From the NCBI RefSeq assembly GCF_006345805.1, contig NC_043009.1:58218001-58282000 (forward strand): a DNA stretch of 64,000 nucleotides. The letters run 5' to 3'. Each line of letters begins with the position of its first letter. Position 1 is the stretch's first letter. This stretch comes from Octopus sinensis (taxonomy: Eukaryota). Below the pieces are notes generated by a model. It was not told the DNA's origin, made no database searches, and saw only the letters and a list, made by a program, of their open reading frames with translations. Shown piece by piece: positions 52,227 to 64,000 of this stretch. Both the position numbers and the translations under genes were made by a program.

Positions 52227-52776
52227 ACACACATACACACACATATATATATTTGTCGATATATGCGTGTATGTATGTTTATGCGTTCATACATACAAGT
52301 GTCTATGCTTTTGTTATATGTGTGTATGTGTGTGTTTGCGTATGCATGTATGTGTGTCTACGTCTGCATGCGTGGGTGTGTGTTCCTGAGAAGTTACACA
52401 CGAGTATACTCAAAGACAAACACACACCCACACAACCCACACAAACACACACACACACACACACATACATGCACAAACAGAGACACACACATACATGCAC
52501 AAACACATATGAATATATATAGTATATATGTAAAAATATGCAAATTGGAATGGCGTACCATTTCCAGAAGCATAGATTTTAACTTTGGTGTGAAGAGTAC
52601 AATAAAAGAGGTTAAACCAGAGGTTTTATGTCTGTTAAGATAAAATCTTGACGTGTTACTCTGTTGTTTATTTTGAAGTGTTTCAGAATTATGACTGTGT
52701 TCGGTAAACAGATTTTTCCTACATTTCAAATTGGCCTCAGAGCGCTTGTATAGAACTGTGCTAATCATATATATAT

Positions 52777-52832
<56 letters not shown>

Positions 52833-52862
52833 TATATAGTGCATATATAGATATATACATAA

Positions 52863-52917
<55 letters not shown>

Positions 52918-52929
52918 TATATTATATAT

Positions 52930-53200
52930 ACATACATATTACATAAATGTATGTATATGTGCTTGTAATTATGAACATACACTATGTATATCTTAATATC
53001 TATGTATATATATATACATAAATGTATGTATATGTGCTTGTTATATACGAACATACACTATATATATATTATATATATATATTATATATATATATATAGA
53101 TGTATATATATATATATGTATATATATATAAACATAATGTATGTATATGTGCTTGTATATTATGAACATACACTATATATATCTTAATATCTATGTATGT
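52930..53200. repeat. Three tandem copies of a 70-120 bp unit within a (TA)n field
   Basis: aatgtatgtatatgtgcttgt...gaacatacactat appears three times. Confidence 0.85.
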
Positions 53201-53457
53201 ATATATACGCACATACATACACACACAGAGACACAGACAAAGATACAAACACCACACACACACACACAAACATACATGTAGGCACACCTATGCATATATA
53301 CATACCGTGTGATGGTGCTAAGTCATGATGTGTATCTTTCTAAATTTCGTACGAGTTCATATAAGCTATTCAGTGTTGTGACATACAAAATTACTCTCTG
53401 TACATAAATAGGTCTGAATCGGACCCTGAGTCAGTCCTTTTTTGTCTGTCTGTCTGT

Positions 53458-53533
<76 letters not shown>

Positions 53534-53597
53534 TATCTAATCTATCTTTTTTTTCTTTTTAACTTCAAAAGAAAACTCTACCTTGTAATTTGTTCTA

Positions 53598-53632
53598 TCT
53601 GTGTGCAGCCCTGTGTGGCTAATAAAGAAACA

Positions 53633-53713
<81 letters not shown>

Positions 53714-53790
53714 GTCTGTCAATTTTGTCCTGTCTGTGTGCAGCCCTGTGTGGCTAATAAAGAAACATATCTATCTGTCTGTCTGTCTGT
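53598..53790. repeat. Short tandem duplication spanning a (TATC)n tract
   Basis: tctgtgtgcagccctgtgtggctaataaagaaacatatctatc occurs twice. Confidence 0.92.
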
Positions 53791-53869
53791 CTATCTATGT
53801 ATGTATCTATTTATCTATCTATCTATCTGTCTATATATCTATACATACATACATGCATACATACATACA

Positions 53870-53903
<34 letters not shown>

Positions 53904-54289
53904 CATTGATATATGTGTGTGTATATTATCCATATATCTAGATACATACATAAAAGAAGTATGCCGATTATCCAGCACTAACGGAACTAGAGTACTGCCG
54001 GATTATCCATTACGCTAATGCACGAGTTATATTGAACATATCCGAGAAACAATATCTTAATTTGTTTTATGACTATGGTAAATATGTTACCAGGCATTGA
54101 CGCTATTTTCTGATAACCTCTGAACGATCGACTTATTTTCGTTTGGTAAATGATATTTACGAATTCTACGTTGTATTTCTAACGTCTAAACAAATTCATT
54201 ACAAGCCTAGACCCTTCAGCAATACTTATAAAATCTGTTAGGTTGTTTACCTGACATTTTATCTAGTCCCTCATTTAAAAAAGAAATCG

Positions 54290-54485
54290 TTTTAAAAGCA
54301 CGGTGGACAAAATGCTTCCTGCCGTTCCGTCCGTCTTTCCGTTCTGAGTTCAAGATCCGCCGCAATCGACGTTGGCGGTCATCCTTTCGGGTTTCATAGC
54401 TTAAGTACCACTTGATCACTGGACTCGACAACATCGATACACCCCCCTCCCCGATCTTGCTGGCATTGTGTCAAAATTTGAAATC
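54290..54485 (+). mobile_element. Degenerate SINE family B
   Basis: aaatgctt...cgtccgtctttccgttctgagttcaagatcc...tcatcctttcggg...taagtacca. Confidence 0.75.
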
Positions 54486-54558
54486 GATATCTTCAGGTGA
54501 CTTTAAAAATACCTACTTCAATAATATTGCATTTTAATATATAAATACTACGCCATAT

Positions 54559-54657
54559 GCGCACGGGTATATGGCGTAGTGGTTAAGAGCGCTGGCTACT
54601 AACCCCAAAAAACCGATTTCGATTCCAGGCAGTGACCTGAATAATAATAGTAATAAC

Positions 54658-54720
<63 letters not shown>

Positions 54721-54868
54721 GACAACATCGAAAAATACCTTAGGAATGAGAACCCAGGTTCGAAATTTCCCTAAGACACCTGATGAAGGCTGGAGGGTAT
54801 ATCAGCCGAAACGTTGTGTTAACAACAAACAAGATGAGAACAAATATCTCTCAAATGTAAATAATGTT
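54559..54868 (+). mobile_element. SINE family D: tRNA-like head + (AAT)n + hammerhead-containing tail
   Basis: A-box tggcgtagtgg (54572), B-box-like atttcgattcc (54616), (AAT)n at 54641-54720. Tail shared with 57900-58083. Confidence 0.88.
54775..54820 (+). ncRNA. Minimal type I hammerhead ribozyme motif, canonical core
   Basis: GACAC-CUGAUGA-A-GGCUG(GAGGGUAUAU)CAGCC-GAAA-CGUU-GUGUU. Predicted cleavage after 54815. Confidence 0.8.
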
Positions 54869-55289
54869 AAATACATATATTTAGATGTTTCTTACTACTT
54901 GACGCACTTCATTTTCTTTTTGTTTTTGAAACACATATTTTATTAACGTATTCATTTACCTTTTAATGTCATAAATTTTTGATGAAGCTATGTTATACAC
55001 TTGCATAAAAACGTTTTAGTTTTCACCAATTTCCAAACGCGATGTCGTTTCAACTTTCGTCGGTGCAATGTTGAGAGAGTTACTTGATTTAATTACGACA
55101 CCTTTGCTTAACAGGTTGCTCTTAAAAACTGGACAAGATTTTCCTGTAATAAATAGATAATAGAAAAGTAGAGTGAAGAGGATTACAAACACTGAGCACT
55201 GTTCATTTCACACTGATCGTTTCAACAGAATGGCGTCTTTTGTGATTTGCGATCTGATAGAAAAAACATCAGCGGTAGACTCGCGAAAA

Positions 55290-55590
55290 GAGACGTGTGA
55301 CCGGATTTGGTAGACGTAAATTGAAAGAGGTCCGCGTCATATGCATTTACATACATACATACATACGTACATACATAAATACATACATACTCATACTCTT
55401 AAACACACTCACACACACATACGGGGACGTAAAACCATCGGTTTCGGAGTCATTAAGTCTTCATAACTTAGCAGTTCGCCAAAGAGGACGGCTGAATTAG
55501 TACCAGGCCTTCAAAACATAAGAACTGGGGTCGATTCTTTCGGCTAAAGTTCTTCAAAGTGGTGCCATAGAAGGGTCTCAGTCTCGTGGC
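55290..55590 (+). mobile_element. Degenerate SINE family A (middle and tail)
   Basis: ggatttggtagacgtaaattgaaag...taacttagcagttcgccaaagag...ggggtcgatt. Confidence 0.7.
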
Positions 55591-55651
55591 AGAAACAGTT
55601 GAGCGATAAAAGACGCACATACATATATACATACATACCACACACACACAC

Positions 55652-55715
<64 letters not shown>

Positions 55716-56031
55716 GCATGCATACACACATACATGCAGGCATTCATGCATATATATAAACATACATGCATATATATATGCATTCATGCATACATGGATA
55801 AAGGCATTCATGCATACATACATACATATATACATACATACATGCATGCATGCATTCATACATACATAAATACACGCACGCATACATACATAGATATGTT
55901 TGTGTGTGTGCGTGTTTATATGTATATTTACATACGTAATTATGCATATATGTATATAGTATGTATGTATACATATACACCTGCATAAATATAATATATA
56001 TGTATACATATAGACACACATAATATTATAT

Positions 56032-56417
56032 ACTAGCAGTATCGCCCGGCGTTGCTCAAGTTTGTAAGGGAAATAACTATAAAGCATTTTTAGAGAGTTA
56101 TAGCCAAAAAATAGCAAAAAGTTGGAAAAAAATGATGGTAAATTTTTTTTTGAGATTTAAAAACGGTGGAGTTGCGTCCCCTAGACAGTTTGCGGTTTGT
56201 GTTTCTCATTCTCGACCCCATGTCGAATTTATCGATTTTTTTCAGAACTAGGGGAACTTTTCAAAATTTTCGCTGCGTTAGTTTTGAATTATGACATTGG
56301 GCTATGTGTGTGTCAAGTTTCATCAGAATCGGTTGAAAGCCGTGGTCAGGGTGAGGGTACAAGCAAACAGACACACAGAAACACGCACAGACAAACTGCC
56401 GTTTATATAGAGAGAGA
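56032..56417 (-). mobile_element. Helitron/Helentron-like non-autonomous element
   Basis: actagcagtatcgcccggcgttgctc (reverse complement of the 3' hairpin + CTAG) and the gctataactctctaaaaatgct block shared with 18900-19300; different interior. Confidence 0.75.
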
Positions 56418-56885
56418 TGTATACATATATGTATATATGTATGAAGTATTTACACACGCACTCAGAAACACACACACACACATAGCCAATTAACTAGACT
56501 AAGTGTAATAGTGCAACAACACATCAATTCATGTCTTTATTTAGAATTGATGTCAAAGAGTGCAATGGAGTAACTAACTGTTGTCTCTGATGAATAAAAC
56601 TGTTCAACGCCTACACTTAGCAATATTTTTATATATTTAATTTGATAGAATACCGGAAACTAATTTCAGGGATCTTGCAGCGTTACATGTATTTTTATAA
56701 ATGTTTATACGCAATAACACATGCAGGCAGGCTGATATATGTAACCGTGCAGACGCACTATTCGTTGAATATATACGCAGCCACAATCCAAACACTTTGC
56801 AGAATGACAGAGATACATATACAGATATCCATACATACACAAACATAGGTGTATATATATATACACACATATATATATATATATA

Positions 56886-56941
<56 letters not shown>

Positions 56942-57754
56942 TACAAATTAATGAGTGCGTCACGTGTGCTAGTTTGTGTATTGGCAAATATATGCATATA
57001 TATATATATATATGTATCTTTTTATAAATATTTGTATGTATATATATATATGTATGTATATGCATGTATATAAACATAGATATGTACGTATATATATATG
57101 CATACGTGTGTGTGTGTGTTTGTGAGTATTTATATATATATGTATATATAAAATCAAAAATATGTATATATATATATATATATAAACAAAAATATGTGTA
57201 TTTATATGCAAAAAAATATATATGTATATATATACAAAAATATGTATATATAGATTTATATATAAATCGAAAATATGTATACATATTGCATATATATGTG
57301 TGTGTGTGTTTGTTTGTGTGTTTGTCTATTTGTGTGTGTGTGTGCATGTGTTTATGTATATGTATGTGTGGGTATATGTACGTATGTATGTGTATATAAA
57401 CACTTATCCTTTTTGATACATAGAAACGCCTAATAGTATCTTCCAACATACACATACACAGGCACACAAATATCCTTTTTTTATAAAAGAAAAAATATAA
57501 AAGCGTAGGATGTAGGTAGGTAAACGTTTGATCTTTAGTCTCTAGAATCAGGTTTGACCTGCGGCTGAGCAGCAGTTCCCACAATAAGTACAGTTTACAG
57601 CTGTATAATCTTCACAATCTGTAAGTTAGCAAACCGAACTTATTTTTACTTTAATGTATGTCGAGAATAGTTACAAGGTATTAGAAATGTCAAATATTTT
57701 AGAACATTTAATGTAAGGTCATACTCTCTCATTCATATATGTATATATATATAG

Positions 57755-58083
<329 letters not shown>

Positions 58084-59403
58084 TATCAAGGAGATGTTGT
58101 GTAACTGAAACGCGAGTGTTTATATACTGCCCGTAATGAAAGCAAATGAACATTAGTCAGATCGAGTCTCTGTCATCAGGGTAGAAATCATCTGATTTTT
58201 GAGTTCTCGATGCGGCGAAGTTTAAACTTCTCAGCATCATGATCTGAAATATAATTTGGTGTCTCTTAGCAAATGTTTGAGCAGCCACATAGATATACTC
58301 TTATCATGTTGTTGCATTTAACACCCCATCTGCCTTGATCTAAGACATACACGAAAAAATGCGCCATCCGCGACCATCCTTTTTAATATGCACATATTTT
58401 GTCAAGTATCACTTTATTCAATATAAATTTATTTTATATCAACAGAGCAACAGAGGGAGCCTTGTTATTTATAACACATCGAGTAACCACATTAAGTCTC
58501 TTTCACTGCTATTTCGAGAAATTCTACATTTATTGCAATATGGCGTATTAGTTTCTCTACGTTGCTAGGAAAATTCTATTTTCTAAACTTGCACAAAATA
58601 TATGAATTTTTTTCTATACATTGTCCTCGACCTATATTCGATAAAATTTTATTTTCAAGAAGAAAATAATTTATCTACGTATAAGCAAGAAAATCTCTCT
58701 TTGAGACTGTTCATTCTTTTCGCCTCTCAATCGATGTTTTATTCACATTCTTGAAAATACAGTAAAAATGGCACTAAAGAAGAATAGATTCATAAATTCT
58801 TACAGAACGAATTTATTACTTTATTTATGTTTTTATATCTCGCCAAAAATAGTTTCTGAATTTCTTCTATAAATTTTAACAAAGCGTTTCTATATTCAAC
58901 AATTTTCTGAAGACACTTATGTATGTTCAGTTTAATTTAATGTCGTATATTGTGTTCAGTAGTATTAAGGTCATTCTATGACTTCTCTTCTTTTATGCCT
59001 GTTTTAACGATTCTTAGTAACGGTAGTAAAAGATAATTAGGTGAATATCTATAACTAGTTTCACGGATTATATACCACCTGCACTTCTTAATTATTCGTT
59101 ATTCATGACATCGATATAAAGAAAAGTATATTCTTTATATTCTCTGCATCTGAATGCGTATCATATATGAAATACATATACGTCGCCATGTATGTAAGAA
59201 TATATGAATATATATGTGTGTGGGTATGTGTATACATAAACATATCTATATATAAAGATATATATGCATATACATATATATATATATATCTATATATAAA
59301 GATATATATATGCATATACATATATAAGTATCCATCTATAAACATATGTAGATCTATAACTCTACGCGCATGCATACATGTATATATATATATACATATA
59401 TGC

Positions 59404-59461
<58 letters not shown>

Positions 59462-59601
59462 AAAGAGATAGATGATAGATAGATAGATAGATATAGATAG
59501 ATAGATATATACATAGATATATATACAGATATATATATATACACACATATATATATATACATATATATATATATGTATATATATACATATATATATAATA
59601 C

Positions 59602-59635
<34 letters not shown>

Positions 59636-60064
59636 ATATATACATATATATATAAGTATATATATATGTATGTATCTTAACATACATGCATATATGTGTG
59701 AGAGTGTCTGTGTGTGTCTGTGTGCGTGTGTGTATATATATGTGTCTGTATGTCTGCAAGCGTGTTTGGAGGGAAAAGTTGTTTGAATATTACTCAAAGA
59801 TTAAGGAGGCGTCAGAAGTGCACCAGCTCAACTCTGGATAACTCTAAATAGACCAAAATCGTCACAGGGTGTCTCTTCCTTCTACATAAATACTCACAGC
59901 TATGTGCATATATTAGATTTGCATGTGTGCGTGTGTGTGTATGTATGTATGTGTGTGGGGAGGTGCACTTGGGAAATTGTATCCAGTTAGTGAATTTTCT
60001 AATTAGTACTATCCCTAAGTACAATAAACTTTTTCAAACAGAACATATACATCCACAAACGCAT

Positions 60065-60095
<31 letters not shown>

Positions 60096-60448
60096 TCCTC
60101 ACACTCACAAAGACACACACACACAGACACACACTAGTATGAGCGCATTGTTATACATGCATACATACACACATACACTCACACACATACATCCAAACTT
60201 ATATACATACATATATTTATATCGGTACGTGCGCTCTCACAAACAAAAGGGCATTCATATCCATACATATATATATATTTGTATGTATATAAATATGCAT
60301 ACATATACCAAAATATGTATACATACCTGTGTCTTTTTACACACGTATTTATGTAGATGTATGTATACTTATCTATACATACATATTTTGCCATGTATAT
60401 CTCTGTGTGCTCGCGCGTTTATGTACGCAAGTCTGTGTGTGTATATAT

Positions 60449-60490
<42 letters not shown>

Positions 60491-60846
60491 ATTGTATAGA
60501 GGGCATTATTACACATAATGCCTCACACTAGGAGGGACAAAGTCATTACTACCAAAATTATACTAATCATACCAAATGCAGTTTTTCAAAGCAAGACATT
60601 TAAAAAATGAATTTAGTTCTGTATCACCGTGATTCACATTCAACTTACGTCTAATGATCCTCAGCAGAACTGATTCTGAACACATCATAATAAAAATACC
60701 AACCTTACGTAGCGAAGACGAACAGACAACTGCTCACTCCGGCCAAGCACATGGAATGTTTATAAATCATATATCCGGTAAATGGCGGGCTTTTTACGAA
60801 CTGCTGTCGGGGATCCCTTATTAAGAGATTATCCTTAATTGTTAAA

Positions 60847-60913
<67 letters not shown>

Positions 60914-60995
60914 TAATATAAAGAGTATAAAGATTTTAGAAATATTTATTTCTAGCGTACAAAACAAAATAGTCAATAGACTATTATTATTCATA

Positions 60996-61172
60996 TAAAA
61001 TACAGTGTACATTAAAATACATTAAGTGGCTTCCATCATAGGAATCCTATACGCTAGAAAGAACTGTTAAAGTCCAAACCACTAGTTAGGGTTTGGACTT
61101 TACATGCTCTTTCTAGCGTATAGGATTCCTATGATGGTAATCTCTTAATGCGTTTTAATGTTCACTGTTTTA
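60996..61172. repeat. Long imperfect hairpin (fold-back), about 175 nt
   Basis: 30-bp perfect stem 61033-61062/61108-61137, 5x5 internal loop, 13-bp upper stem, 9-nt loop; imperfect outer arms. Confidence 0.93.
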
Positions 61173-61222
61173 TTATATATATATATTAGATATATATAAT
61201 ATATATAATATATAATATTATA

Positions 61223-61279
<57 letters not shown>

Positions 61280-61413
61280 TCCTGGTATACATGTATATGT
61301 ATTTACATATATAAATACAGAGTATTATATGCGAAGGAGAAAAAGAGAAGAGGAAAATACGAGTGAGAAAGAGTGGGTTATAAGAGAGACAGACACAGAC
61401 AGAGAGAAAGAGT

Positions 61414-61444
<31 letters not shown>

Positions 61445-61689
61445 GTATAGAGAAGCAGGCACAGAAAATATAGACAATGAAGTAAAAGTGAGTATATATT
61501 GTTCCAGTAATGTCTGTCACTATGTGGGAACAGACCCTTATATAATTAGATATCGTTTAGTTAAGATGAAATATAAACAAACCATTCAACTGACATTAAT
61601 TTACTTGTTTTAAAAACGTCTCTCCTGTAATACCTTACAAAATCTCACCCTTTTTTTACCCTACATAACTCCAGCTCTCTTTCTGTCTC

Positions 61690-61726
<37 letters not shown>

Positions 61727-62064
61727 ACTTGTTTTTTCCCTTCTGTCATTTTGTCATCATTTTCCCTTTCACTGCAGTTTTTCTCTTTGTAATTCTCTAT
61801 CTGTTTCTACATCACCAATTTATATCACCAGCCACTGACATATAGTGACAGACGAAGTTGAAATCAATCTCGCTGTTATGTCTTATATATATAAACTGGT
61901 TGTTTTCTCAATTAATACACGGCACTACAACACACCGAAAAATAAATGGTTCTGCTTATTTTGTCTCCAACTGTAAACACCAACCGGTAGCCCTTATTTA
62001 AGCACACAAGAGAGACAAATTGGTAGACAGACATACTCAAACATATATTTAGGTACCCAGCCTC

Positions 62065-62210
62065 CTCCGTGTTAAGAAGATTACTTCCCAACATCAAGGG
62101 TCGGGGTTCAGTCTTACTGCGAGGCACTTTGGGCTAGCATCTTCTACTATAGCCTCTGGCCGACGACATCTATCTGAGTGGATCTGGAAGACGGAAACTA
62201 AAAGAAGACA
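62065..62210 (+). mobile_element. SINE family A 5' half, degenerate
   Basis: gggttcagtcttactgcgaggcactttgggc...cttctactatagcc...gacggaaactaaaagaag. Confidence 0.75.
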
Positions 62211-63465
62211 AGATGGAGGCAGTGTCGGATATGAATATCCCAATGAATTATGTAACACTGACTCCATCTAGTCTTCTGTAACAATGTATTTTTCTAATAC
62301 CTTCTTTTTAGTGTATTTTTCTTTGCCACTGAAGAGAATAGTAACATGTAACTAATTTAATCATAATTATAATTCATTAAATTTTTTCCATGTTTCTTAC
62401 ATGTTGTTGCTGTCATTCGAAACGGTCGTATGTATAGATTAAATTTTATGAAACATTTAACATCTTCTCTTCTCCATCCATAATTGTTTGTTGAGTTTGT
62501 ATAGTATACGTGTTCTGTAAATGCACATAACACACCTTATACTTGTAACGTTTTCAGATTCGAAAAATAAAATAGTAAGCTACCAATTTAATATAAAGAA
62601 TCTTTATTAGAAATCTAACTTTGGAACCGCGTAAATTAAAGGATGAAATAGAACTCAACCTTTCTCACACAAACACACATATATGTGTATATACATACAT
62701 GTATGTACGTATGGTGACTTTGATGTGTCGATGTGTGCGCGTGTGTGAGTGCATCTGTAAGTATGTGGGGGGGTGAATAATGTTGTGGATGCTGGGAAGT
62801 GCATCCCTATCTTCGACTAAGACCCTTCCAGGCAGTGCCCCAGCATGACCACACTCTGCTGACTGAAACCAGGAAAAGATAACGATAAAAGTGATTTATA
62901 TTTTCATTTTATCCTTGACATCGATTTCTTTCATATCTCACAGTTTTTATACCACAAAACACTACATAAACATTTAAATTAAGATATTTGCTTTCAATTT
63001 ATCTTTATATATAACTATTTATCACATACCTTCTCCTTGATTAACTTCAATTATTAATATTTCTGTTTTATCTTATCTAACCTTCTTTGGTCCAATTTAC
63101 TATTTCTATTTGCGTAGCTCATGACTATTCTCAATACATAAAGATTTTGCTTTTACTTCTCAGCGCTAACAAGATTTAGTCTCCATTATTTTATTTATAC
63201 ACCATCTTAACTATTTCTAATGAATAGGTAATGATACCTAATTCGACTGATCTTTGCATTTATCCTATCTCACGCGAGATCATTATTTACAGATCAGCTA
63301 TCTGATATTCTCATATCTCTTCGAATGTTACTTCGCTTGAAACATTTTTGCATTTCGGAATTTATATTTCTAGATATATATTTAAAAGAAATCTAAATAC
63401 ATACATACATACATACATACATACAAATATACATACATACATACATACCTACATACATATACATA

Positions 63466-63514
<49 letters not shown>

Positions 63515-63536
63515 TATATATATACATATATATACA

Positions 63537-63568
<32 letters not shown>

Positions 63569-63774
63569 TCATGTATACGTGTATGTGCTCATATATACAT
63601 ACACACAAACACACACACACACACATATACATATATATATATATATTGTAAATGTTGGGTGCGATTAATACTGACAGTTCAGCAATATTTGTTCGTCTAG
63701 AAACATTGGCTGAACATTGTTGTGAATTATGTTTCTGCGCTTGTATCTACAGGCATAAGTATCTATATGATAGA

Positions 63775-63900
63775 ACGCATGTCCCAGTGGTTCGAGCGCT
63801 GGACTCGCGATCACGAGATCGTGGTTTCGGTTCTTAGAATAGGTAGTGCGTTGTGTTCCAGAGCAAAACACTACATTTCACGTTGCTTCTGCGATCATTT
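63775..63900 (+). mobile_element. Old tRNA-headed SINE 5' part
   Basis: gtcccagtggttcgagcgctggactcgcgatcacgagatcgtggtttcg, then CORE-like agagcaaaacactacatttc. Confidence 0.7.
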
Positions 63901-64000
63901 CACCTTACGCGTGTCACGCAGTGTACACGCCAGACAATTTGATGGAAACAGTGTGCTACAATGCGGTACGAACATTTGATCACTATTACTAAATCACTTG

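Overview
AT-rich, microsatellite-saturated eukaryotic genomic DNA. It is almost certainly a coleoid cephalopod (Octopus-like), inferred from the SSR density and from tRNA-derived SINE families that I recognise from memory as octopus types. No host protein-coding gene can be confidently identified. Nearly all long ORFs in the track are translations of (TA)n/(TG)n/(TATG)n/trinucleotide repeats, and only a few weak candidate exons remain. The window is a transposon graveyard. It holds dozens of SINE copies from at least four families (called A-D here), two CR1/L2-type LINE 3' ends, an RTE relic, and a fragmented R4/Dong-like retroposon carrying nested insertions. It also holds a near full-length mariner, a TIR-bounded Chapaev3-like transposon, Helitron-like non-autonomous elements, a near-perfect 1.2 kb tandem duplication, several higher-order repeats and two long fold-back hairpins. 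The most interesting signal is a set of six minimal type I hammerhead-ribozyme motifs in at least four unrelated short repeats. One sits in a tRNA-headed SINE. Another has a swapped G3-C8 catalytic core that standard CUGANGA searches would miss. All protein similarities and family names come from manual translation and recall, not database searches.
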